32,000 nucleotides of DNA, taken from contig DXJG01000002.1 of assembly GCA_019056805.1 (NCBI GenBank), forward strand, positions 74,735 through 106,734. Reading direction: 5' to 3'. The notes under the pieces are model-generated. The model saw only the letters and a list, made by a program, of their open reading frames with translations, was not told where the DNA came from and did no database searches. The position numbers were made by a program, and so were the translations under genes. This DNA is from Candidatus Baldrarchaeota archaeon (GTDB lineage Archaea; Asgardarchaeota; Baldrarchaeia; Baldrarchaeales; DXJG01). Positions 9,186 to 18,764 of this stretch are shown here, in pieces (positions within the stretch are counted from its first letter, which is position 1; each line of letters starts with the position of its first letter).

Positions 9186-12100
9186 ATGAGAAAATGGCCA
9201 CTATTACTAATATTTATTATATTGTTGACATCTTTTACCCCCTTATCGATAAACGAAACCATCAGCAGTTACTCAGATTCATCAGAGAATATTTTCCATT
9301 TCAGCCGCAAAACATCCGCGGAACTTGAGAACATCCTTTACTCACCAAAAGTTTCCGATGACGAAAAAATCTCAGTAATACTAGTAGCGAAACGGAGTCT
9401 CAGTGCAAGCGAATACGATGAACTTGCAAATGTGTGTGAAATTTTAGCCAATACTAGCAGAGTTTTTGTAATAAGAACATTCAAAAACGACATTACACGT
9501 ATAGCATCTCTCCCATTTACACTTTACTTAGATTCAGGGCTTAAAACCGCCGAACCTCATCTAATGGATACTTCCATTACAACGCGCACAAACTACGCAT
9601 ATTATGTGAAAGATGTTTCTAACCAAAATGTAACTGGCAAAGGAATCAAAATAGGAATTATCGATACAGGAATAGACTGGAGACATCCATTCTTCTATTA
9701 TGATGATGGACTGACTTGGGAGGTTATAAACGAAACCTTTGCTATGCTACCAAACGGGACTCTATGTAATTATTCCTTTATAGACGTTGTAACTGTTCAG
9801 CCAGCTGCTCAGGGAGCTCCATCAGGAGATCTTGTAATACCAGTTCCCGATGGAGTGTTCAATATAGGCTATGAATACCTTTACCTAGATCTCGATAATG
9901 ACAGCAAACCCGATGTAGATCCCGACAATCCTCAGAGGATAGAATATGGAATCTTAATAGACTCTGATGGGAATGGTATCCCGACAGCAGGTGATTTTAT
10001 TAAAATGTTACGAACACCAAAAATCAAGAAGATCCTTGATCAAAGATCATATCCCTACACCGTATATATTAGTGGAGTAAACCTATCACAATTTGATCCT
10101 GTAGATTCTTCCGGAGGGGGGGGCATGGTGCTCACGTCGCAGGTATAATTCTAGGAGGTCATAGTTTAATGAAGATACATGGAGTAGCACCTGACGCGGA
10201 AATTTACGTTGTTGCTAACGGGGGATATTTCACATCTGAAAACGTTATCTACGGAATGACATGGCTTGCACAAGAGAACGTTAGCGTAATAAATATGAGT
10301 TTTGGCGGAACAATGGGATACTTAGATGGTTCAGATCCATGGGATATAGCAATAAATGATTTATTCAAACAGGGAATTATATCGATTGTATCCGCTGGGA
10401 ATGACGGTAATAAAAACCATCATATCGAAGTAGAAATACCAGCATTAAGTAACGTAAATTTAACGTTTAATGTTCATGACTTAAACATATATCTAAATAT
10501 TCTATGGAGAGAACCTTGGAGTAACCTAGAATTCTACATAATTTCACCATATGGAAATGAATACAATCTAGGATCTTTTACAAATCCCTTATTTGTAGAC
10601 ATTCCAGGAGTAAACATTTCTTGTACAAGCTCTATGTCACCCAGATACACCCGTCAATTCCTAATAAGCATATATAACCTTACACCTCTAGACGGAGCTA
10701 TATGGACACTAAAGATCCGCAATCCGACAAACAAGATGCAGAAAATAAATGGTTACCTCTTGTGGTCAACCTCTAACACATGGAATCCGCCATACCTAAG
10801 TAAAGAGCACACAATTACCTCTCCAGCTACGGCAGACTCAGCAATAGCGGTTGGAGCATTAACTAAAGATGGTTGGTTAACGTCTTACAGCAGTATAGGA
10901 CCAAGAATTGACGGAGTTAATAAGCCAGAAATTTGTGCACCAGGTGGACACTATGACCTAGGATATGATAACCCCTATATTCTCTCAGTTGACGGCGATG
11001 TGTCCAACGGTCAGCCTCCATATACCCATGGACATGGATATTATACGTATATGTGTGGAACAAGTATGGCAGCTCCCCACATCACGGGTTTTGTAGCACT
11101 TCTTCTACAGGATAACCCAAATCTATCACCAACGGAGATTAGAGAGTTACTATTTCTATCTACAGGATATACACATTTCCTACCTCACACTGTGTATCCC
11201 ATGCCTGATGATACCGTAGGCTACGGTGGATTCGGATACATGAATATTCCACAGCTACAAACTGACGGAATTAATGGACCAGGACCTGTTTATGTTACCT
11301 CATGGTACCCATCTGGTTTTTCCATCGCTTATAATAATTGGCTCTCTGGTAGTCGAGGTATCATTGTTGACGGTGACGACAATGACTGGTTAATATACTA
11401 TCCAGTAATAATACATAATGATTCAAGATGGTACGAAGAATATAGTTTCAAGTTATATTCATGGCATGAAAATGAGTCGCATATCTTCTTCTACATGAAA
11501 TTTAGAGTAAACTATGTTCCCGTTGGATATATGATTAATGTTTATATTGGCAGGGAAAGACCAGGCTTCATGGGTGTTGTGGATTATTATTTACCTGAAT
11601 GGAAACTTTCCTACAACACTTCCTCTGGAATATCTCAGTTAGAGTTGTGGAATAATCAAACAAATCAGTATGGGGTAATGCCAGCTGGCGGATTTTTCGG
11701 GGTAAGCACAGGATTTTCATCGATAGATGGTAACTGGCTTATAGAATTCTATGTTCGAAAAGATTATATTGAAATGCAAAGCTTAAGCGAAGCAATAATA
11801 TATTTTGCAGTATATGACATAAACTACGCGGCTCTCTTAAACAACAATGACCCTTACAATAGACCTGGAGCTTCATTCTATGCATCTATAGATCAAACAC
11901 CCGTAGCTAGTTATGTAAACACAACATATGTTAGTAATAGTCATGGAATGTATATAGATATAGTAACATCGCTTAATGACTACTGGGGCAATGTAAGCAG
12001 AGTTCTACTTATGAGCTACTCACCCAGCGGAACTTCTACAATCATATATATGGAATATAATTCTAACACTAATCTCTGGGAAGCTAGTTATAGCATCACC

Positions 12101-12823
12101 CCAGCAAATCAAAGCATAGGCGAGTTTAAGAACATATTGATAATTTACGACGAATTAGGAGCGAAAACAACAATAAATTCACCGCCAACAGTCATGTATA
12201 CGTTAATTGACAATGTTGCACCTCTAATATCACTTGAAATACCAATGTACGCTACTGGAACGATTCAAATCAACTGGACCGTAAATGAGGAAAATCTCAA
12301 GAATTTAACATTGTATATCGACTCTGACAAATACGATGTCCTCGGAACTAACATCTTCACTTGGGATACAACACAATACGACGATGGAAACCATATAATC
12401 AGATTATATGCTCAAGATGCTGGCGGACTTGAAAGCGAAGTTATAGGAAATGTTATTGTTGATAATACACCTCCAGCAATAATCATAATTTCTCCGATTA
12501 ACAACACAAGAATAAGTGAGGATTCAATAGAGGTAACTTGGCAAGCCTTTGACAATGTAAAAGTAGATCATTTCGATATCTACCTGGATGGAGTATTAAT
12601 AATGCAAAATGTTTCAGCAAGTCAAAGAAGCGCTACTATAACCGAATTATCACAAGGAACACACGTATTAAAGATAAAAGTGTACGACGAAGTTGGAAAT
12701 TACTCAGAAGCGACACTTATATTCACATACAAACCACCGACAATAATGTATATAGTAGCAGCAACCCTCATAATAGGATGCGCCGTTGCAGTAATTCTAA
12801 TCAAAAGAAGAAAAACCACTTAA
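9186..12823 (+). pseudogene. Secreted, C-terminally anchored S8 subtilisin-like protease, split by a 1-nt frameshift into ORFs 9186-10148 and 10169-12823 (pseudogene, phase-variable gene or sequencing error)
   Basis: ORF1 has a signal peptide and catalytic Asp (IGIIDTGID). The His motif HGAHVAGII begins at 10124 in the frame of ORF2, upstream of ORF2's ATG. ORF2 has the oxyanion Asn (SAGNDG), Ser (GTSMAAPH), Ig-like repeats and a TM helix with a KRRK tail. One extra G in the G8 run gives a single ORF of about 1212 aa. Confidence 0.88.
10116..10123 (+). repeat. G8 homopolymer at the protease frameshift
   Basis: TCCGGA-GGGGGGGG-CATGGT. It is the longest G or C run I found in the window. Confidence 0.95.
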
Positions 12824-12860
12824 ATACCTATCATTTTATTTTTATGATAAAACTAAAGTT

Positions 12861-13679
12861 CTAAATATTAAAGTTAATAGGTAGACCAGAGGATGATCTT
12901 TTAAAAACACCAAATTCATCTCTTATTCTTCTCAACATCTCACTGTTAAATACGGGGCCGTCCTTACAAACCAAATATTCACCAATACAACAACTACCAC
13001 AAAGTCCCATACCACATTTCATATATCTCTCCAAACAAGCCTGAACTTCAACCCCTCTTTCCTCAGCTTTATCAAAAATTTTCCTCATCATTACTTCGGG
13101 ACCACACATGTAAATGCAGTCAAATTTTCTTTCTTCTAATAACTTGACAGCAATATCAGAAGCTAAACCTTTTAGACCAGCGGAACCATCATCGGTAACA
13201 ATCATAAGAGAGTCGCGATTATTATTCAGGATGTTAGAGATTCTATCGACAAATAAAAGCATTTTCGAAGTTCTGGCAGCCAAAATAACGGTAATACTAT
13301 CAGAAACACGCGAAAGTTCAACTATTAAAGGATAAAGAGGTGCTATACCTATCCCTCCGCCGACAATAAGAACGTTTCCGTTAGAAAGAGAAAACCCATT
13401 TCCAAGTGGACCTCTAATTCCAATTCTATCACCAACAGTTAAACCATGTAATGCAGCAGTAGCGTCACCAACCTTTTTCACGGTAATTCCTAATTCATTT
13501 TCGCTAATAAAAGAAACACTCATAGGAATCTCATCAACATCAGGGATCCATATCATAAAAAACTGTCCAGCCTTAGGTTTTTTTAGGTCTTTTCGATCAA
13601 AAAATATACTCTTTACATCATAAGTCTCTTCTACAATTTTTTTAACTTCAACAACTTTTAGGCAATCCACTTCTATCAC
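12861..13679 (-). CDS. pyrK: Dihydroorotate dehydrogenase electron transfer subunit
   Basis: GQFFMIW, RGPLGNGF, GGGIGIAP, MCGPEVM and the 2Fe-2S motif MKCGMGLCGSC...VCKDGPVF. Directly abuts pyrD. Confidence 0.95.
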   Translation of the reverse strand: MIEVDCLKVVEVKKIVEETYDVKSIFFDRKDLKKPKAGQFFMIWIPDVDEIPMSVSFISENELGITVKKVGDATAALHGLTVGDRIGIRGPLGNGFSLSNGNVLIVGGGIGIAPLYPLIVELSRVSDSITVILAARTSKMLLFVDRISNILNNNRDSLMIVTDDGSAGLKGLASDIAVKLLEERKFDCIYMCGPEVMMRKIFDKAEERGVEVQACLERYMKCGMGLCGSCCIGEYLVCKDGPVFNSEMLRRIRDEFGVFKRSSSGLPINFNI

Positions 13680-14582
13680 CTAAACCTTATGAGCCAAACC
13701 TACGATGTCACTAATTCTCTTATACCCGCTTTTTTCTAAAAAATCTTCTAATCCTTTTGTGATTTCTCTAAAAATTGATAATCCTTTCGCTATACCACTA
13801 CCAATTTGTACAGCAGAAGCACCTGCCATAAAAAACTCAACAGCGTCTTGCCACTTACAAATCCCACCAACCCCCACAATGGGTACATTAACAGCCCTAT
13901 AAATCTCGTAAACACATCTAACGGCAATAGGTTTGATAGCAGGACCAGACAGACCCCCAAAAACATTATTCAAAACCGGTTTCCCAATTTCAATATTTAT
14001 ATACATCGCTTTAACCGTATTAATTGCTGTAATAGCATCGGCGCCTGCATCAACAGCAACCTTAGCAATTTCCGTAATATCAGTAACATTAGGCGTCAAT
14101 TTAACAAAAACAGGTATATTAACTGCACCCTTCACAGCCTTAACAATCTGATATGTCAATTCTGGACTTTGACCGATTAAGCCAGCCCTAGCATGAGGAC
14201 AGGAAACATTCAACTCTAAAGCATCGATACCAGCCTTTTCCAGTTTTAAAGCAACTTCAACAAACTCCTCAACCTGTTCTCCAACGACACTTCCAATAAC
14301 AGGCGCCCCTCCTTCCTTTGCAATTGCTACTTCTTTCACAAAATAATCTACACCAGGATTAGGCAGTCCCATAGCATTAATAAAACCACAATCAACTTTA
14401 ACAATCGTAGGATTAAGGTAACCAGATCTTGGATGAAGACTAATAGACTTGGTGACAACAGCTCCAGCTCCAGCCATAGCCACTTTCCTCAAAAGCTTCC
14501 CGCTAATCCCAAGAACTCCTGAAGCTAACATCGTAGGATTTCTAAGGTGAATTCCAGCAATATCAACTGAAAGACTAACCAT
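13680..14582 (-). CDS. pyrD: Dihydroorotate dehydrogenase family 1B, catalytic subunit
   Basis: NPTMLASG, NAMGLPNPG, ELNVSCPH, VKLTPN, GGLSGPAIKP. ATG 14582 is preferred over the ORF-track GTG at 14594. Confidence 0.96.
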   Translation of the reverse strand: MVSLSVDIAGIHLRNPTMLASGVLGISGKLLRKVAMAGAGAVVTKSISLHPRSGYLNPTIVKVDCGFINAMGLPNPGVDYFVKEVAIAKEGGAPVIGSVVGEQVEEFVEVALKLEKAGIDALELNVSCPHARAGLIGQSPELTYQIVKAVKGAVNIPVFVKLTPNVTDITEIAKVAVDAGADAITAINTVKAMYINIEIGKPVLNNVFGGLSGPAIKPIAVRCVYEIYRAVNVPIVGVGGICKWQDAVEFFMAGASAVQIGSGIAKGLSIFREITKGLEDFLEKSGYKRISDIVGLAHKV

Positions 14583-14684
14583 AACTAAATCCACCGTCTT
14601 TTCATTCTCTTCATATTATAACTTGAATATAAGTCAATAACTTTCCGTTTATTAAGTTAGGTTCATTGTAATTAGAAACCTATT

Positions 14685-14732
14685 CTACATGTATCACCTA
14701 ATAGAAGCTTACGTTCACCCACTACATGTATC
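14685..14732. promoter_or_regulatory. Duplicated CTACATGTATC motif (palindromic TACATGTA core) upstream of the pyrD promoter
   Basis: Identical 11-mers at 14685-14695 and 14722-14732, each followed by (A)CCTAA. A TATA-like TTATATAA lies at about 14615-14622. Confidence 0.4.
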
Positions 14733-15165
14733 CCTAAAATCAAAAATGCTACTGAGACATGGACTTACTAATATTTTGCGCATAAGAAAAGAGTGATGAT
14801 AGTATAATGGTTCTAAAATTAACATTATAAAAACTTGAGAGTAGAATGACGAAAACATACTAAATGAATCATTTGGTTCAATTCCCTTGTTGTTTTCCTT
14901 CATAAAATAAACAAAACAACTACTTTAGGTAGTAATTGGATCCCGCTATTCTTAAATAGTTGAATTTGAAATTTAAAGTTAGAAAGATTGAAAGTATTCT
15001 TCGCCCAAAGTAAGCGGAGAACATAATCATAATTTAATCTCTTGAATAAATGAAAACATAATAAGGACAAATGTTGTCGGTCCAGGTAATAAGCAATAAT
15101 TTATCAGTTCCAATATATAGATTAGAAAATACTGAGAGTAACCGATGATGCTGGGAGGGTGACAT

Positions 15166-16404
15166 TTGAAAAAAATACACATAATAGAAACCATATTGGG
15201 TATAATAGCAGCAGATGAGCAGGGAAATGTATTAGAAAAAGAACTATTCGAGAAAAACCCGGAAGAGATAGCAGAGAAAATATACAAATTGCAACGAGGA
15301 GAAGTAATACCTGAACTTCAACGCATTATTCAAAAAACAAAAGACGCTGAAGAAATAATAGTAGAAGACGACTCCCTCGTAAAATCGCTAAAAGATATAT
15401 GTTCAACAAAAATAACTGTTGAAAAACCAAGTACAATAGCTCAGCAAATAAGAGCACAAATTCCCGAATTAGCCCAACAATATGATTACATAAAAACACT
15501 TCAAGAATATATACAGCTAACTCGACAAATAGCTACCTATCTAACAAGGAGAAAAATCAGAACAGCAGCTGAAAAAAGAGATCAACTCATAGCACAAGCA
15601 ATAGAAACAATTGATGATATCGATAAAACTGTAAATCTTTTCGCTTCAAGAATACGTGAATGGTACGGATTACATTTCCCAGAACTAAACAAACTAGTAG
15701 AAGAACATAGAACTTACATGAGACTGGTATCTGAATTAGGGTTAAGAAAAAATTATACAAAAGAAAAACTACAAAAAATGGGATTTCCATCTGAAAGAAT
15801 TAAAGAACTCGAAGAAGCAGCAAAAACTTCCATGGGCGCAAACATAGCAGAAGAAGATATGCAACCCATACAAAAGTTTGCAGATATAACACTAACCCTG
15901 TACAGATTAAGGAAAGAATTAGAAGAGTACATTGATGAATCTATGAAAGAAACAGCACCAAACATAAGAGGACTAGTAGGATCGTTACTAGGAGCAAGAT
16001 TAATCAGCTTAGCAGGATCATTGGAAGAACTAGCCAGAATGCCAGCATCAACAATTCAAGTACTCGGCGCAGAAAAAGCCCTTTTCCGTGCACTACGAAC
16101 AGGTGCAAGACCACCAAAACACGGAGTTCTTTTCCAATTCCCCGCGATCCACGGTTCCCCTAGATGGCAACGAGGAAAAATAGCCCGTGCAGTTGCTGGA
16201 AAACTAGCAATCGCCGCAAGAATTGACGCTTTTTCCGGGGAATATATGGCAGACGAACTAAGAGCAGATCTCGAAAGACGTATTGAAGAAATAAAGAAGA
16301 AATATCCAAAGCCTCCGAAGAGAAAAAAGCCAGAAAAAGTTAAAAAAATAAAATTGCACAAAAAAGGAAAGAGAAAAAGAAGAAAAGAAAAGAGGGAAAA
16401 ATAA
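15166..16404 (+). CDS. nop5: C/D box methylation guide RNP subunit Nop5 (Nop56/58)
   Basis: REWYGLHFPEL, APN...LVG.LLGARLI..AGSL, PASTIQVLGAEKALF, PKHG, and a Lys-rich tail. Confidence 0.97.
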   Translation: MKKIHIIETILGIIAADEQGNVLEKELFEKNPEEIAEKIYKLQRGEVIPELQRIIQKTKDAEEIIVEDDSLVKSLKDICSTKITVEKPSTIAQQIRAQIPELAQQYDYIKTLQEYIQLTRQIATYLTRRKIRTAAEKRDQLIAQAIETIDDIDKTVNLFASRIREWYGLHFPELNKLVEEHRTYMRLVSELGLRKNYTKEKLQKMGFPSERIKELEEAAKTSMGANIAEEDMQPIQKFADITLTLYRLRKELEEYIDESMKETAPNIRGLVGSLLGARLISLAGSLEELARMPASTIQVLGAEKALFRALRTGARPPKHGVLFQFPAIHGSPRWQRGKIARAVAGKLAIAARIDAFSGEYMADELRADLERRIEEIKKKYPKPPKRKKPEKVKKIKLHKKGKRKRRKEKREK

Positions 16405-16405
16405 T

Positions 16406-17104
16406 ATGAGTGCAAAAGTTGAACTTCATGAAAAATTTGAAAATATTTACTGGGCAATTTTTGAAGACACGGGAGAAAAAAAGTTAGCAACAAAGAATTT
16501 AGCACCCGGTTATGCGGTTTATGGTGAACGTTTAATAAAATATAAAGGAGAAGAGTATCGTTTATGGGATCCATACAGATCAAAACTAGCAGCAGCAATA
16601 CTTAGAGGAATAAATTTTGTTCCAATAAAAACGGGAGATCGTATCTTATATCTAGGAGCCGCTACTGGATCAACTAGTTCTCATTGTAGCGACATTGTAG
16701 GACCTAACGGCATTGTTTATTGTGTAGAGTTCTCACCTCGAGTTTTAAGAGAACTAGTAGGTGTTACAGAACATCATAAAAATATGATACCCCTACTTGA
16801 AGATGCACGCTTCCCTTGGAAATACAGAATGTTAGTACCCCAGGTTGATGTTATTTATCAAGATGTCGCACAACCTGAACAAGCTAAGATATTAGCAGAC
16901 AATGCTGAATTCTTCCTAAAACCTAATGGTTGGGCCTTGTTAGCAATTAAGGCTCGAAGTGTTGATGTTACTGCAGAACCTTCCGAAGTCTATAAAAAGG
17001 AAATAGAAACATTAGAGAAAAGGAATTTTGAAATAAAAGATGTAGTACACTTAGAACCATTTGATAAGGCACATGCATTTCTTGTGATGCAATATAAACC
17101 ATAA
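16406..17104 (+). CDS. flpA: Fibrillarin-like rRNA/tRNA 2'-O-methyltransferase
   Basis: VYGE, YRLWDPYRSKLAAA, LYLGAATGST.SH, YCVEFSPR, DVAQPEQ. Confidence 0.97.
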   Translation: MSAKVELHEKFENIYWAIFEDTGEKKLATKNLAPGYAVYGERLIKYKGEEYRLWDPYRSKLAAAILRGINFVPIKTGDRILYLGAATGSTSSHCSDIVGPNGIVYCVEFSPRVLRELVGVTEHHKNMIPLLEDARFPWKYRMLVPQVDVIYQDVAQPEQAKILADNAEFFLKPNGWALLAIKARSVDVTAEPSEVYKKEIETLEKRNFEIKDVVHLEPFDKAHAFLVMQYKP

Positions 17105-17112
17105 GGAATTCT

Positions 17113-17144
17113 CACTTTTCATTTTTAATTCTTTTATTTTTATT
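17113..17144 (+). terminator. Probable oligo(T) terminator after nop5-flpA
   Basis: CACTTTTCATTTTTAATTCTTTTATTTTTATT directly after the flpA stop. Confidence 0.5.
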
Positions 17145-17230
17145 CAGCCCATAACATAACATCGTTCAGCGGACATGGAATTCGGTAAGCATATATAGTA
17201 GTTTAATTTGTCAAAAAGTAGGGTTGAAAT

Positions 17231-17710
17231 ATGAGCGAAGACAAATTTTTAAGAGTTATATGGAAGTATGAGATAGAAAGAATCAATGATCATTTGCCTA
17301 AGAAGACTAGATCCCTATCGAGTCTCTTAGAAGATGAAGATCCATATGTCATTTCTAGAGATGGTAGTAATTTTACCATAGATAAGGATGAGTTGAACTT
17401 TCTTGCTTCTTTTATACCCAAGGAGCTTCATGATTTTATTAGGCTTCCTATTGTTCTTATTCGTAGATTAGATCTGGGTAGAGGAGTTTTTACTATTAGT
17501 GGTGGAAAACTCGAGCGGTTCGTTATTCATAAACTTTTAAAGAATACAAACGCTTCATTTTCAGAATATAGAAACATAGAACTACCTCTATACATCTATT
17601 GGCCTCACGTTGTTGAATTAAGAAGAAGATTTAAAACCATTATTACAATCGGATTTGGAGTTTCTAAGAAAGATATGGATGACGCTAGAAGATTTCTTAG
17701 AGGTTATTGA
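17231..17710 (+). CDS. DUF61 family protein
   Basis: EI.RINDHLP......L..LL.E..P.V..RDG and ..RLPIVL pattern; located next to flpA. Confidence 0.8.
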   Translation: MSEDKFLRVIWKYEIERINDHLPKKTRSLSSLLEDEDPYVISRDGSNFTIDKDELNFLASFIPKELHDFIRLPIVLIRRLDLGRGVFTISGGKLERFVIHKLLKNTNASFSEYRNIELPLYIYWPHVVELRRRFKTIITIGFGVSKKDMDDARRFLRGY

Positions 17711-17783
17711 TGCTTTATTGATAGCGATTAGTTTTTAAGTCAGTTGTTTATCCTATTTTTTAGAAATCAAGAGGCAGTTATCC

Positions 17784-18749
17784 ATGCTCTCAGAGCGGTT
17801 AATGCTATTAGAACGTGTTAAGAAGGTATTTGAAGAAGCTGGTTTTGCTATTTCTATGTACTGCAAAATAAAATCCACATGTTTCGACCTTGTTGCTAGA
17901 AAAAACAGATGGCTTTTATTTGTTAAGGTGTTATATAATGTAGATAGCTTACAACAAGGCCATGCAAAAGAATTAAAAATCCTTTCTCTGATTTTCTCTG
18001 CATCTCCATTAGTTATCGGAGAGAAAAGCGGTCACACGGTATTAGAGGACGGAGTTGTTTACGAAAGATACGGCATACCCGTAATCAATATTAATTCACT
18101 TATTAATGCTCTAATCGAAGGCAGGTTTCCATTAATTCTTGCTAAAAGAGGAGGATTTTTTGTAAAAATAGATAATAAAACCTTGAGATCTAAAAGAATC
18201 AGAAAAAATCTTTCACTCGGCGTATTAGCTGAAATGATTGGGGTATCCAGAAAGACTATTTATGAATATGAAAGGGGTAGCATGGATGCTACAGTCGAAA
18301 CTGCGCATAAACTAGAAAATTTACTAAATGCGAAGTTAACACAACCAATAAACGTTTTTTCATGGAAAGTTGAGGATGTGGATCTTCTGGAAACTAAAGA
18401 TGCTGAAAACGAATTAAAAGAAATTGTATGTGAATTATTATCCGAACTAGGTTTTGGTGTTATCCCTACCTTTAGATCACCTTTTGATGCTGTTGCAAAA
18501 ACTCCTGAAGCTAGAATTATTTTACTAACTGGAGTGGGATATCCGGGTGAAAGAGGTATAAGAAAAAGAATAAAGATTGTTAAGAGCGTATCTCAGATAA
18601 TACGAAAGTACGCGGTCTTTGTTTTGGAGGGGAAACGTGTTTCTCCAAATATAGATGGAGTTCCTATATTAAAGACCAGTGAACTCAAAAGAATGGAAGA
18701 ACCAGAGGAATTACTCAGTACAATCATGAAAAGACAGGTAATTAATTAG
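17784..18749 (+). CDS. COG1395-type XRE-HTH protein with PD-(D/E)xK-like flanking domains
   Basis: CFDLVARK...LLFVKVLYNVDSL, VYERYGIP, and central HTH LSLGVLAEMIGVSRKTIYEYERG. Confidence 0.85.
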   Translation: MLSERLMLLERVKKVFEEAGFAISMYCKIKSTCFDLVARKNRWLLFVKVLYNVDSLQQGHAKELKILSLIFSASPLVIGEKSGHTVLEDGVVYERYGIPVININSLINALIEGRFPLILAKRGGFFVKIDNKTLRSKRIRKNLSLGVLAEMIGVSRKTIYEYERGSMDATVETAHKLENLLNAKLTQPINVFSWKVEDVDLLETKDAENELKEIVCELLSELGFGVIPTFRSPFDAVAKTPEARIILLTGVGYPGERGIRKRIKIVKSVSQIIRKYAVFVLEGKRVSPNIDGVPILKTSELKRMEEPEELLSTIMKRQVIN

Positions 18750-18764
18750 AATACTATCTAAATG

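Noticed and set aside
14715-14903. 62-aa minus-strand ORF in the pyrD-nop5 spacer
   Set aside because: No RBS or recognisable motif, its composition is typical of translated AT-rich non-coding DNA, and it overlaps the CTACATGTATC repeat.
17144-17190. Two CTGA (D-box-like) motifs on the minus strand just after flpA, suggesting a C/D guide RNA
   Set aside because: No RTGATGA C box at the right distance, and the region is explained by the flpA terminator and the DUF61 promoter.
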